DNA of 64,000 nt. Origin: a virus. Each line of letters begins with the position of its first letter. Position 1 is the first letter of the stretch. The notes under the pieces were generated by a model that was given only the letters and a program-made list of their open reading frames with translations, did no database searches and had not been told where the DNA came from. The stretch is from the IMG/VR virus record IMGVR_UViG_3300005578_000001, positions 1-64,000 of that record; one strand, given 5' to 3'. A program made the position numbers and the translations under genes. Of this stretch, positions 35,420-46,992 are shown one piece after another.

Positions 35420-36492
35420 GCGTCCGGCCTCAACGTCGCGTGTAGATACCGATGCTCACCTTCACTGAGGAGGAGAATCGAGGTTGCGTCCTTCAGGTGT
35501 AGCTCCGGCGCTTCCACTTGTTCCAGAAACGTTAACAACTGATCCGCGTTCACCTTCACCACCAGCCCCTCTCCATTCAACGTCGGGCAACTCAACGGCA
35601 CTTCTTCGATCGACTCCCCGTCTCCACCGTAGGAGCGCACAGTGAGTGATTCGCGGCTAAACTCCAGGTTCAATCTCCGGCGCACCAGATTCCCCTCACT
35701 CGCCGTCACACAGCACCGTCGAATTGCGTCCCTGACTTCACTGTTCAACCGCACCACATGCGGCGTCTCAGTCGGCACAATCTTTTTCCACGGCGGGAAT
35801 TGACCGAGCAGGAGCCGCGCGTGCATCTTGCGTCCCTCACACCCTACCGTGAGACTGTTTTCACTCACGGTTAGCGTGGCTATCTCCCTATCGTTGAGTA
35901 CCGCGCGCAACACCGGGACCGCCACATTCGGCACGGTGGCTTGAAAGGTGAGATCGCAATCCATGAGGCGTACAATCCCAGCTTGTGTCCCATCAAACGC
36001 CACTACATTCAACTCCCCTTGCTCAGCCTGCAAACACACCCCCTGGGTCGCATACCTGCCTTCCCGCTTGTCCGCGCAAGGGGAGACTCGTGAAATCGCG
36101 TCTGAGAGCCTCTGTGCGTCAACGGAGAGGGTCTGGCCGGACTGGTCATGCGTCACCGGGAAGGCGTCAACCGGGTGAAACGGGAGTCGATGGCGGGAGC
36201 GTCCGGCAATTACTTCGACTCGATTGTCTTTCAGTTCAAACCTCACGCTCTCATCCGAGGTCAGTCGCATGGCCTCTCGCAATGGCGTCAACGGGAGACA
36301 GTACGCCTCCTCTCCCCCACCGGGCACCGTCACGCTCAACGTCGCATCCACGCGCGTCGTCGTCAGTCGCGCCTCACCTTGTGTAGCCTCAACTTTCACA
36401 AAGGCGAGAATCGGCATCGTCGTCTTCACCTCCAGCGCCGAGGCGAGAAGAGCAAGAGCGTCGGCAAGGGGCTTACGGGGGAGGGCGATCAT
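35416..36492 (-). CDS. dnaN: DNA polymerase III beta sliding clamp homolog
   Basis: 358 aa; TTMPIL, FP, RYATQGV, VAFDG, RLLLGQFPPWKKIVP, three-domain pattern. Confidence 0.85.
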   Translation of the reverse strand: MIALPRKPLADALALLASALEVKTTMPILAFVKVEATQGEARLTTTRVDATLSVTVPGGGEEAYCLPLTPLREAMRLTSDESVRFELKDNRVEVIAGRSRHRLPFHPVDAFPVTHDQSGQTLSVDAQRLSDAISRVSPCADKREGRYATQGVCLQAEQGELNVVAFDGTQAGIVRLMDCDLTFQATVPNVAVPVLRAVLNDREIATLTVSENSLTVGCEGRKMHARLLLGQFPPWKKIVPTETPHVVRLNSEVRDAIRRCCVTASEGNLVRRRLNLEFSRESLTVRSYGGDGESIEEVPLSCPTLNGEGLVVKVNADQLLTFLEQVEAPELHLKDATSILLLSEGEHRYLHATLRPDA

Positions 36493-37106
36493 TCGGCGCC
36501 CAGCTTCTCTTCCAGTGTGTCCAGGTCAGCCTTGAAAGTGTCAAGTTGATCTTCTAATTCCTGGGCCTTATCTCGTAATTGATCAATCTCACTTTGCATT
36601 TCAGCACGTATCTCCTCACCGCTCACTTGCTGTTCCTCCGATTGTCGTAAGGCGTTAGCTAAATACGCAATCTTCTCAGCCTCAGTCGTCACCCCCAGAT
36701 ACGAAGGCCAGTGGTCTAACTCGGCGTTGGTGGCTAGTTCGTGTAGGTCCATGATTAGTCTCCCTCGCCACGATCGATCTTATTGTTAGCAGCACTCTCC
36801 GCGCATTTGGGGCATAAGTCGCCGTGCTCGCTATTCATATCCCAACCCCGACGTTGCATGCGCTCGTGAACCACATTGCTTACGTCTACGTTTGCGTGTT
36901 CACCGCAACTATCGCAGTCAACGCCAATATCAACATCTGCATCAATTGCCATCACTCACCACCTTTCTCCAGTGCGGCCATTTGCTGCTCGTAGTCGCCT
37001 TTCAGTCTTGCCGAACAGTCAGCACAGAGCGGCATCCCATCTGCAAGGATTACGGCGGGCTTTGGTATTCTTCTCTCCGTTACGCAGTTTTCACAGTCTA
37101 ATTTCA

Positions 37107-37313
37107 TTATGATTTCTCCAGCTTGTAAGAAGCGAAACGTTTCTTATTCTTCTCAACGATGACGGTGGTTATTGGATAACCCGCCTGTCTTAACTCCAGA
37201 ATCCTTCCTGAGAGTCGGAAGACTCCAAACCTTTCCAACGCCAATAAGGGATCGATCGAGTGGCCCTGTTTGAGCCATGAAAGGATTTCTTCGTTTTGAC
37301 TTTTGGTGTTCAT
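37107..37313 (-). CDS. Small phage winged-HTH protein
   Basis: SQNEEILSWLKQGHSIDPLLALERFGVFRLSGRILELRQAGYPI. Confidence 0.8.
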   Translation of the reverse strand: MNTKSQNEEILSWLKQGHSIDPLLALERFGVFRLSGRILELRQAGYPITTVIVEKNKKRFASYKLEKS

Positions 37314-37388
37314 CTCAACCCCTCGGGGAGAATTGGACCAGCCCTGTTGCGTAACCAGCCCAATTCTCCCACGTAGCCGCCCCCTCGG

Positions 37389-38108
<720 letters not shown>

Positions 38109-38527
38109 ATTAGACCTCGCCCTCGATCATCTCTTGAATGCGCTCAGCCGCCCCTTCAGCTAAACCCTGTGTTTAGGTCGTGGATTCGTTGATTCTAAAA
38201 CCGCTTCTGCTTCATCGATAATGTTTTGGTGCGGGACAACTCCGTTACGGGAGTATTGAATCACACGATCAAGCGCGTCTCGAAGATTGTTACGATCAAT
38301 ACACGCCGCCATCATTTTCGTTCTTAGTGATTCGTTCTGGCGTCTTGTTACCTTATCTACGCCATTTGCCTGCAAATCCATTACCTGAATTTCTAAAGCA
38401 GTAACCTCGAAACATTTATCCCGATAACCTTCCTGAAAGGCCAGGGCGCGACGCTTCCACTGCTCCGCACGCGCGGCTAGTTCGTTTACAAACGACGTTA
38501 ATAACGGATTACATTCAGGGCTGGTAT

Positions 38528-38812
38528 TCATGCCCGCCGTATCCTTTCAAATAATTTTGGTTGCGCAAGCATCTTATTCAATACGTCTGGAGGTATTTTC
38601 CCAGCCAACGCAAACAATTCATCAGCGGCCCCGCGCTCAAGCCCTAATGCCTTGACCATTCGCTCAATCGTGGTTGGCCCCGGCATATGATTAGGAACGT
38701 CGTTCTCAATCCGGGAAAGATAGGCGGCGTCCATCTGGAGCAACGCCGCCAGCTCGCGCTGTGCCAACCCCCCGGACACGCGCAGAGACTTAAGTTTTCT
38801 GCCGAAAGTCAT
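38528..38812 (-). CDS. XRE-family HTH regulator
   Basis: TFGRKLKSLR..QRELA..AYLSRIEN..ELFALAGKIP. Confidence 0.9.
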   Translation of the reverse strand: MTFGRKLKSLRVSGGLAQRELAALLQMDAAYLSRIENDVPNHMPGPTTIERMVKALGLERGAADELFALAGKIPPDVLNKMLAQPKLFERIRRA

Positions 38813-38844
38813 GGATATTGTGTATCACTTTCTAGATAACGATG

Positions 38845-39324
38845 TCAACATATTTCTTGCTCGTAACGTAATTTTTCTTTTTCATGTTCCTGTTTCCACA
38901 GGATAGCCATTAGTTTACGATCTTTCTTCTGTCTGGTTTGGGCGCGAATCATTAAACGATCGTATTCAGCTTGACCTATTTGATTTAGTTTCCATTGACG
39001 GTGAAGTTCTGGATTCCCCCCTAATTCATTATGGCAGTTAAAACAGTGTGCGCTGACGTTAAGAGGATCAAAACGAGTAGACTCTCTATCTCGCGACCAA
39101 AAATGGGAGGCGTGCAAACCCTGCGAGCCTACTTCGTATTGAGTACCGCAGCGTTCGCAACACCAGTTCGCTTTATACCGGATGTATAAAGAAAAGAAAC
39201 GGTCAGCCGGATCAATCTTTATGCCCCTTGATCGTTTACGAGCCTGCGGGGCACGTGAAGAAAAAACCTCTTCATAAGTTTTACTGGCGAACCCTGTTCT
39301 TCGCATGGGAATTGATCGTTTCAT
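38845..39324 (-). CDS. NinG/Rap-like HNH recombination nuclease
   Basis: DRFFSLYIR, CERCG, HASHFWSR..STRFDPLN...C..CH. Confidence 0.8.
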   Translation of the reverse strand: MKRSIPMRRTGFASKTYEEVFSSRAPQARKRSRGIKIDPADRFFSLYIRYKANWCCERCGTQYEVGSQGLHASHFWSRDRESTRFDPLNVSAHCFNCHNELGGNPELHRQWKLNQIGQAEYDRLMIRAQTRQKKDRKLMAILWKQEHEKEKLRYEQEIC

Positions 39325-39530
39325 TCAGGCAACCTAATCCCCCGGTTAATGTTGGGAACACGGGTAATTAACCCGAGGTTTTCCAATCCAACCAGAATAT
39401 CAAAAATACTCGCAGGGGATCTCAGCCCGACAAACTGACCGATTTCTTTGATGGTGGGGGATTCTTTATTTGAAGCAATGTAACCTCTGATAAAATCCAA
39501 GACTTGTTTGTATCTTTTATGTGCTGTCAT
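39321..39530 (-). CDS. LexA-type DNA-binding domain only
   Basis: VLDFIRGYI....SPTIKEIG..VGLRS...L..LENLGLITR....RGI. Confidence 0.85.
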   Translation of the reverse strand: MTAHKRYKQVLDFIRGYIASNKESPTIKEIGQFVGLRSPASIFDILVGLENLGLITRVPNINRGIRLPE

Positions 39531-39541
39531 TTTGCTTTCCC

Positions 39542-40009
39542 TTAAGCGTATTCGTAGCGTTCAACATTCGAATCCTCTAAAGCCGATTTGCACTCAGCCT
39601 CAAGATCGAATAATTCCCGATCGGGCGGAATCTTTGCTTGACGTAACGCCGCGAATATACACACCGGACAGCCGCCCGCCTTTCTTCTGAGCAGCGGTAG
39701 TGCTTCATGTAATGCGGCGTACAAGGGAGACAATGGCTTGTTCTGCCACATCTCTTCGTCGGTGCGGGTATCGGGCATATCTGGATCAGGGAGCAGCGCG
39801 ATTAACTCTTCAAGTGGCGTGTGTTCCGTTTCCAGCACGTCACACATGCGGCAGACGCGGTGTGGGTTATTCGTGCAGTGCTGCTCGTGTATCTTCATCG
39901 CCCCAGCATGACAATTCGCCTTCTTGCAAAAATCGCAGTAGTAGCGCCAGACTCTTTTCTTTCTCATTTGCTTTCCTGTTTGTCTCGCTCTTCCCGTTCC
40001 CCGCCGCAA
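39542..40009 (-). CDS. Zn-finger protein
   Basis: YYCDFCKK...HEQHCTNNP.R.CRMC, CPVC. Confidence 0.6.
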   Translation of the reverse strand: MRRGTGRARQTGKQMRKKRVWRYYCDFCKKANCHAGAMKIHEQHCTNNPHRVCRMCDVLETEHTPLEELIALLPDPDMPDTRTDEEMWQNKPLSPLYAALHEALPLLRRKAGGCPVCIFAALRQAKIPPDRELFDLEAECKSALEDSNVERYEYA

Positions 40010-41803
40010 ATCTGAGAGAGTGATAAGTAATCAGAATCCTGTTCACGAAAAGGATCGCCACAGTTAGCGCATTCTATTAGAATCATTTAGCACTTCCTGT
40101 TTCGGTTAAGCTTTCTTCAACGGTGGACGCTCATAATCCACGTCGCCTTGATACACAACTTTGTCATCAGGTGGCGTATAGAACACAGCCTTAGTGAATC
40201 TCACTTCGACATATCCATCACTGGCTAATTTTTCAGATACGAATTCTCCGGCGTCCAGGCGTCGGCGTTCAATAAAAGATTCAACTCGTTCACGTGGGGT
40301 TTCTCTCATTTTGGTTTTACGCTGGCCGGGATACCGCAGCACTTGGGCCACTTCTTGAGATACTTTTCCATCTCCTTAGCGATCTTTTCTCCGCGCCGTC
40401 CACAGACCGGGCATGAGAGTATGGCTCCGTTCGGAAAACAGAAGCTTACAAACTCCTCGGTTGACTTAAACTTCTGGCGCATGGTCTTTGGCAGGCCAAG
40501 AGTATTAAATCCGATAGGTGAATTCTGCCTCATCGCAGATCGCGCCCTTCGTTTCTCATATGCCGTCGCAATGCTCGAACGTTGACAATAGAATCTTTCT
40601 TTAGGATTCGCTGTAACCACGGCGGGCAATCATCCCGTCGAAGCGAGTAGCAGTCCGATAGTTCGTACCACCACGTATTACCATTCTCAAGAGTTACGGC
40701 AAGCTGGGTTAAGCGGACAGCTTTCATCTGATGCGATTAACCCGTATAGATCATGCCCACTGTCACGCCGAACGCGCACGGGTTTCCCGATCTTAAATTC
40801 AGCGTCCCGCGCTTCTTTAAGCCAGTCGCGATACTTGCAGAATACTTCCAGACGTGATTTTAGAATTTCAGTCGGCAACTTAATTACCGTCCTTTCCATT
40901 TCCGTTAGAATGCCACCGCGTAAAGCGAATACAGGGATCGCCACAGAAGAATTGATTGGCCCAAACTTTCACCATGTAGACTACGTTGCGCGGGTTCTTT
41001 CCCTCAAGCATAAATTCGGTTAAGGTACAACGCCAGATTGCTAACCCTCTTTCGCAACAGCTTACGTTTTCTACTACAAACTGTCTTTGCAGATAGTTGA
41101 GCTGCAAGTGAATGATGTTTTTGAACTCGATTACAGCGGGACAATCGAGATTAACGTCACGTTTTGTTCCTTTAGGTGGCATGGGGAATATATGTTTGTT
41201 AGCGATAGTCTGGTAAGTCTTCCCAGTTTTGTGACACGCCGCATTCGGCTGTATCGGGATGACAGCAAGTATCGGCCACACAGTCACACTCCTGTTGGCA
41301 TTCAGGGCATTTATGTACATCAATTCCCTGAGCCCGCTCAATGTCATCTAGTGAACAACCGGGCGGCAAGTCCCACCTGAAAAGTCCGTTGCGCATTTTC
41401 GTTACCTCTCTTGCTCTTTCGCGGTTTAGTTAAGCAGGCGTACCCGATTACCATCGATGCTGTAACACCCTGAGACCCCCTCAAACCATGCCACAGCGCT
41501 ATGAAACCCCATGACGACCGCGGGCGAAATAATAGTGGTTTCGACTTCCTCGGTGTCCTTACGCAGCATAACCTTTGTACCCACTGGAAACTCGCGATTA
41601 AATTTTGCGACCATATACTCTAACCGTCTTTGGTTTGGTTGATTTCTGACATTTCTTCCCATTTGCTCTCCTCTCTCGTTTTCTGTGCTAGTAATTTCTT
41701 AACTGCGCTTAATCCCTTTTCGTACCGTTCAGTATTCTCGTATCCTAACTTTCGCGCGGTAGTCTTCTGTAGCTGAAAGTCTTTCAGTGTCGAGTTGCGT
41801 TGG

Positions 41804-42244
41804 CTATGTTTCTTCTTTTTCAATCAATATACCCCGTCTTTTCTGCGCTCTTAATCGACAGGAGTGCGCGGTCTTTGCGCGGTGACAAGGGACACAGAGC
41901 GTTTGCATGTTATCCACCTCAAACGGATCACCTCCGTCCGTAATTTCCTTAACATGATCGGCTTCCCAGAGGCTACCGGACATTACTCCGCATACTCGAC
42001 AAACACCCTTGTCACGTCGGAACACCTCTGCTTTTAGTGCTCCGGGGCCAGTGCGAATTCTGACCTGTTTTCCACAAGCTCCGGAGCAAAACGTCCGTCG
42101 CGGTCTAAAAACCAAACCGCAGCACCATCTGCAAAGTGAGTTTCCTGAGAAATCAATACGCTCGGGGAAGTCAGAAGAGCGAAGCCGTCTTAGATTCGCC
42201 ATGTCTTTCTTTCCCGGCGCGCGGTTGCGAGCTGATCTGCCCAT
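41804..42244 (-). CDS. HNH endonuclease
   Basis: CRWC..RRTFCS..C, RDKGVCRVCG, WEADH..GG..NMQTLCVPCH.AKT. Confidence 0.85.
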   Translation of the reverse strand: MGRSARNRAPGKKDMANLRRLRSSDFPERIDFSGNSLCRWCCGLVFRPRRTFCSGACGKQVRIRTGPGALKAEVFRRDKGVCRVCGVMSGSLWEADHVKEITDGGDPFEVDNMQTLCVPCHRAKTAHSCRLRAQKRRGILIEKEET

Positions 42245-42699
42245 TGCTCTCGGGCAAGCTTCGCAATCTCTAATTTACGTTTTGTGCGGACGGCTGAAGG
42301 TTTGGCTTGCCCAGCGAGATAGTCGGCTTCGCGATTGCGCTCGCGTGGTATCCATCGAAGTACGACTTTTGGTAATTGCTGTTTGAGATTTTGTGCTTCT
42401 TTGGCCCACTTGTAATACAGACCACGACGTACTTTCCACTTTCCGTTTAATTGTTGAACAACGAGCTTTGAGTCGCCGTAAATTACCCCTTGAGAGATAT
42501 GATTTTTGAGCAGGAAGCGCAGCACCGCAATCACCCCAGCGTATTCAGCGACATTACATGACATTTCCGGTCCACAGCCGACATAGACAGACTCTTGGAA
42601 TAATGTCTTTCCTTCCTTGTTTCTAACTATAGCCCCATAGGTTGCTTGACCCTTCGGACCACAACCACCATCGAAGTAACTTACAGTCTCGATATCCAT
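42190..42699 (-). CDS. Ribonuclease HI-like protein
   Basis: YFDGG, NVAEY, GDSKLVVQQ, WIPRERNREAD; start reset to ATG42699 after AGGA. Confidence 0.9.
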   Translation of the reverse strand: MDIETVSYFDGGCGPKGQATYGAIVRNKEGKTLFQESVYVGCGPEMSCNVAEYAGVIAVLRFLLKNHISQGVIYGDSKLVVQQLNGKWKVRRGLYYKWAKEAQNLKQQLPKVVLRWIPRERNREADYLAGQAKPSAVRTKRKLEIAKLAREQWADQLATARRERKTWRI

Positions 42700-43193
42700 G
42701 TCTTTCCTATTACAACGCTTAGGGTGGTGAAGCGAAGCGAGGACAGACGGAGCCTTATAGTAACAGGGTGTCTGTCCACGAGAAGTCAACGCCCAGTGAC
42801 GGAGCCAGCTCGCTTCGGACGCGGGTTCTGCGCGGGGTGTGTACGTCCTAGTCGAATCGGACGCACGGCCATGCAATTACATTTAACGTCTTATCCGCGC
42901 ACGCCCATAGCGCTAAAACATGCTACAGCCTCTGCCGAGGATGTTCCGCAAGCGGGTGCCTTAGACGGGATACATTCAAATTGTGATTGTGGATTGAAAT
43001 CCATTATCGACTATACCCAAAACAATCTTATGATAATTTTGCCATTGAAGGCAAGAACTTTTTTTGCTAGGATGTTTTTGGCTTTGGTCACTTCGGATAA
43101 TTGCCTGCCTAAAAACCATGCGACTATATCCAACCGAAGATGAGCCACGGCTGAATGATTTGACCGTCATCAGCCTTTAAGATCCAAGCACGC

Positions 43194-43223
43194 GCCCCGC
43201 CAGTTTAACGACCAGCGGGGCGT
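43194..43223 (-). terminator. Stem-loop downstream of the SSB-like gene
   Basis: CGCCCCGC...GCGGGGCG inverted repeat; weak U tract. Confidence 0.45.
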
Positions 43224-43236
43224 TCGTGTGTCTGGG

Positions 43237-44079
43237 CTAAAACGGTATCAGTGAGTCTAACTTTTCAAGCATTGCCTCACGGAGCGGTTTGGGTAACTTT
43301 TCAATCTCGCCCCAGTTAGTAGTCCCGAAATAGTCCGTCAGAAGTTGCTCTGTCGTAGCTCCGTCTACGGCCTTTGTGTCTGCCAATGCGTTGACTGTTC
43401 GTTTGATATCCCGTAACGGGTCATCTTCCGCGTCGTGACTTTCCAGCCCGTTTGAATCCTGAGCGGGGTGTGAATCCTCTGTCTTGTTCTCCTGAGGGCT
43501 CTGAGCCCCGTTTCTGGCGAAAGCAGCGGCCCCTACTGTCGGGATGACAAACCGGATCATCCGGTCAGTGAGAAAGTCTTCTTGAGCACCGTAATCCCAC
43601 TTCCCGCTGGAACGTTGAATGGGTTCAGGCATTTGACCCGGATTCTCACGGGTATACTTCTGCGGCACTGAAACCCCGTCCTGTTGAGCGTTAAACGCGA
43701 TTGCGTCTTCTTTCTTGTCGTGCCACGCAGAGAACCGAACAGGTTTTGAGTAATCAATCATTTCCGCGATTTTCATAAAGCGGGTGTTTACTCGTGAGTC
43801 AAAAGGGATTTCCAGAACACAATCGGTTCCGTCCGCGTCGATGAAAATATTCCAACCCCGGAACTTTCGCCCGCCGTGCTCCCGATCGTAGCGTTCAATT
43901 TTGTTTATATACCCAGCTACGGCCCGGTAGGGATGGATCCATTTTTTGTAAGGCGTTCCATCGAACACGCCTTCGATCTTTTTGAATCCTTCTCTCTCGA
44001 TTTTGGACTCCTGGATAATTCCACCGTGCTTGATTTTCAGGTAAATACCTTTACCGCCGTCGTATTCCTCTAACGCCAT
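43237..44079 (-). CDS. Putative ssDNA-binding / recombination protein
   Basis: Beta-rich N-terminal domain; ends LDSLIPF (SSB-tail-like); follows an exonuclease. Confidence 0.45.
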   Translation of the reverse strand: MALEEYDGGKGIYLKIKHGGIIQESKIEREGFKKIEGVFDGTPYKKWIHPYRAVAGYINKIERYDREHGGRKFRGWNIFIDADGTDCVLEIPFDSRVNTRFMKIAEMIDYSKPVRFSAWHDKKEDAIAFNAQQDGVSVPQKYTRENPGQMPEPIQRSSGKWDYGAQEDFLTDRMIRFVIPTVGAAAFARNGAQSPQENKTEDSHPAQDSNGLESHDAEDDPLRDIKRTVNALADTKAVDGATTEQLLTDYFGTTNWGEIEKLPKPLREAMLEKLDSLIPF

Positions 44080-44128
44080 GATAGTTTTCCTTTCGTTAAG
44101 GCGAGCTAATTACTTAATCTCGCATTGG

Positions 44129-45082
44129 TTAATAGGGAATAAGCCCCAGCTTTGTTTCAGAAGCGATTTTAATGCTTTCTTTCAGTTGATTGCTGAGACT
44201 TGGTTTAAGTTTTGCCCACTGTGGACAAAATTCCGAAACCGGGCAATACGATTCACAGCGAACCGATCCGCCCGGTCTGTGTTCTAGTTGATATAAATGC
44301 GCGTGACTATCAGCGATATTATTGTCGATCCATCTCTTTGCCTGACTTTCATCGTCGCATAACTTGGTGGCCTTTTTATTTCCTTTTTTCATGATGGCCC
44401 ACTTGACCGGATGCGCCCAACGTTCTTCCTCTGAACATTCGGGCCAGATACCCTCACGATCGGCTCGTTGATGCAAGGCGACTCGTTCATGTAGATAAGC
44501 TCTAACCTGTTCATTGGACCATAACGGAACAGGCTTGATAATTACTTGTCGTTGGGGATAATCGGGTTCTCTTGCGGCCCGTGATCTAGACCAATCCCGG
44601 CCAATAGCAACAATCTGAGCCCTTAAAACTATTTTACCGATCAATCGAAGTAAATAGGCGTAGACATTTACTTGTGCTTCCCATTCGGATTTTAGGTTCT
44701 TATCCTTCATGGCATAGACTGAGGTCAGTTTCCAGTCAGTTAATACTTCACCTTCTAAGGTAAACTCACTGAGATCGTAGTGACCGATAACTTTCCAGCC
44801 TAAAATCTCAGTTGAGAGCGCCTCTTCCGTGGTACAATGATCGAAGTTCTTTGCACTCTTTTCTAGCACGTCATGTAGCAGGGTTCCCATGAGAGAGAAG
44901 ATGCGATCCGCGGCGTCTTCTTCGATGTCGTTATCGTGTCGTTTCATTAAAGCCCGGAGCTGGACGGGCTGGATGACACTGGATACGCGAATAGAATTCG
45001 GATCATCGTCAGACTCGTGACGGGTAGCGGTGACAGCCCTTACGAGCGGGGCGGGCAGGTTGTATTTATTCGTTATTCTCAT
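44129..45082 (-). CDS. PD-(D/E)XK exonuclease (Cas4/RecB-like)
   Basis: GTLLH, GHYD, DWKLT, QVNVY, C-terminal RCESYCPVSEFC. Confidence 0.8.
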   Translation of the reverse strand: MRITNKYNLPAPLVRAVTATRHESDDDPNSIRVSSVIQPVQLRALMKRHDNDIEEDAADRIFSLMGTLLHDVLEKSAKNFDHCTTEEALSTEILGWKVIGHYDLSEFTLEGEVLTDWKLTSVYAMKDKNLKSEWEAQVNVYAYLLRLIGKIVLRAQIVAIGRDWSRSRAAREPDYPQRQVIIKPVPLWSNEQVRAYLHERVALHQRADREGIWPECSEEERWAHPVKWAIMKKGNKKATKLCDDESQAKRWIDNNIADSHAHLYQLEHRPGGSVRCESYCPVSEFCPQWAKLKPSLSNQLKESIKIASETKLGLIPY

Positions 45083-45429
45083 CCGATCCTCCGTCCTTCA
45101 TCAAGCCACCGTAAACGGCTCTGATGAACCGTTAAGAGCGATTCCAGCGCCCGTATTCGTTCTTTAGCGGCGTCTCTGATGGCTTCCGCGATTCTCGCTT
45201 CGCGCATCTGATGTTCAACGATCTGAGTCGTCATTGCGTCCTTAACGGCCACGGTTTCTTTTGGATTATCAGTTGAGATTTTCAAAAGGGCTTTGGCCCA
45301 CGCTACGTCGTAGTCGTTCCGGGCCTCGGCGGCGATCCGGCACAGTGCCTCGAACTCATCTATGACGCCACTCAGGCTATTTGAGAGACGTACTAATTCC
45401 TGTTCGATAGAAACCAGATCGTTCATCAC
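45079..45429 (-). CDS. Coiled-coil protein of the recombination module
   Basis: All-helical; GTGA/ATGA-type coupling. Confidence 0.6.
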   Translation of the reverse strand: MMNDLVSIEQELVRLSNSLSGVIDEFEALCRIAAEARNDYDVAWAKALLKISTDNPKETVAVKDAMTTQIVEHQMREARIAEAIRDAAKERIRALESLLTVHQSRLRWLDEGRRIG

Positions 45430-46532
45430 TTCCCCTCTCCCTTTAGTTGCTCAAGCGCGGCCAGCAACGACTCGTGCGCAGCTTCCAAGTAGCTCCTGGC
45501 CGCAGTCCATGCTGCCTCGTCGGACTCCGGTATCTCGCCTAGCACCTGTGGATGACGATGTTTAACGACCTCGATCGCTTCTCCAATAGTATCGGCGCGG
45601 GCGGTGGCGAGCTTCTGTCGCGCTTCTGCTAACGCTGCCTGCGAGTGGCCTAAGTGAGTCATCAGTCGCCGTATCTCGTCTTTAAGCTGCTCGACTTCCG
45701 CCGTGACGAACGGATACGCAGGACCAACACGGAAGCCAATTCCGTTTGGCACGAACGATTGCGCGTACCACTTTTCGTAATCTTCCTTCGGCATGTCTGG
45801 TGGTAGTTGATCCTCGTACGTGTACCGCACTTCTGGATGCTGTACTGGTAAGTAGTCTATAGGTTGACGTGACTGCTTGCCGTGTCTGAATCCGTTGTTG
45901 TAACCGTCAGCGTGGGATCGATCCAGTAGCGCGGCAATCTCGGTAATCAGTTCTCGTAGATCGCGGAAGTCAGATGCTGGCCCAATCTTAGGAAATCGTT
46001 TCGACGCGTGAACACGCTGATGCCACGCCTCAACGAATTGTCGCGCCTTCTCTTGCGTATCCAGCGCATCGGCTTCTGGTTGCGCTGTGGTTGGTGTGGT
46101 AGTGCTCACCGGATTGCAGTTGCATGGCCTATCAGGGTAGATCCATTTATCGCACTCGACAGTATGGCCCACCGTATCGCCTTCTAGTTGCGCTACCTCG
46201 ATCGCGGGTTCATTGTCTTCGTTGATTATCATTCGTCCGTCATAGTTGATTGAGCCTGACATTTCTTCGATCGTGGGTAGTTGACCACTCATTGTGTAGT
46301 TCGCTGGCCGCCCTACTACGGGAACAGTGGCAGTGATTTCTTCAAGCCTGTCGAGGTTAATAACCCCGCTAACAGCGTCGAGCTGAGCAAGCAGGTAGTC
46401 GATGACCTCGCACGCGAACTCAAACCTTGCCGTTGGGCTGCTCAGGTGCGACCACGGTAAAAGCTTCACCGCCCGTGCTTGCTTAATTGAATCGAGATCA
46501 ATTTTGTCGCTCATGGTATTAGTCTCCTTCAC
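45426..46532 (-). CDS. Mosaic hypothetical protein
   Basis: 368-aa ORF in the leftward early operon. Confidence 0.55.
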   Translation of the reverse strand: MKETNTMSDKIDLDSIKQARAVKLLPWSHLSSPTARFEFACEVIDYLLAQLDAVSGVINLDRLEEITATVPVVGRPANYTMSGQLPTIEEMSGSINYDGRMIINEDNEPAIEVAQLEGDTVGHTVECDKWIYPDRPCNCNPVSTTTPTTAQPEADALDTQEKARQFVEAWHQRVHASKRFPKIGPASDFRDLRELITEIAALLDRSHADGYNNGFRHGKQSRQPIDYLPVQHPEVRYTYEDQLPPDMPKEDYEKWYAQSFVPNGIGFRVGPAYPFVTAEVEQLKDEIRRLMTHLGHSQAALAEARQKLATARADTIGEAIEVVKHRHPQVLGEIPESDEAAWTAARSYLEAAHESLLAALEQLKGEGK

Positions 46533-46992
46533 GATCCCATACGTACAGCACCGTCATGCCCGCGACGAATCCACACGCGCAACTAAGTAAAGCGATTATT
46601 CATCTAACGAATGGACCAAACACCTTATGACACCATTCACAGTATTTATGCCATGCGGTTGACTGAGCGCTGATCTGGATCCAGCACAACTCCAGCCAGC
46701 CGCAACGTGGACATTGCTCGCTAATTCGTTCAGTCATGATGATTCATTGCTTTTCAACTTCGCGCTCGCTTCATATGCGATTGCGTCTGTCGTTCGCAGA
46801 AGTCCGCAATGGTTCGCAGGCAAGTCCGTTCAAATACAAGATCCGCGTTCGGTAAAAACGAATACTGTCGCCAGCGCCCTTCGCCGAGGCTGATGCGTGT
46901 CTGCGTGTTACGCACGGTCCAGATCTTTGTCTTCGGCACTGGTCCGACAATATCGCCAAGCTGAGTGGCTTTAACGAAACGTAGTCGCTTCT

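Noticed and set aside
44129-45082. Cas4 as part of a CRISPR or array-acquisition module
   Set aside because: It sits 15 kb away in a normal exonuclease/SSB recombination block; such nucleases are common in phages.
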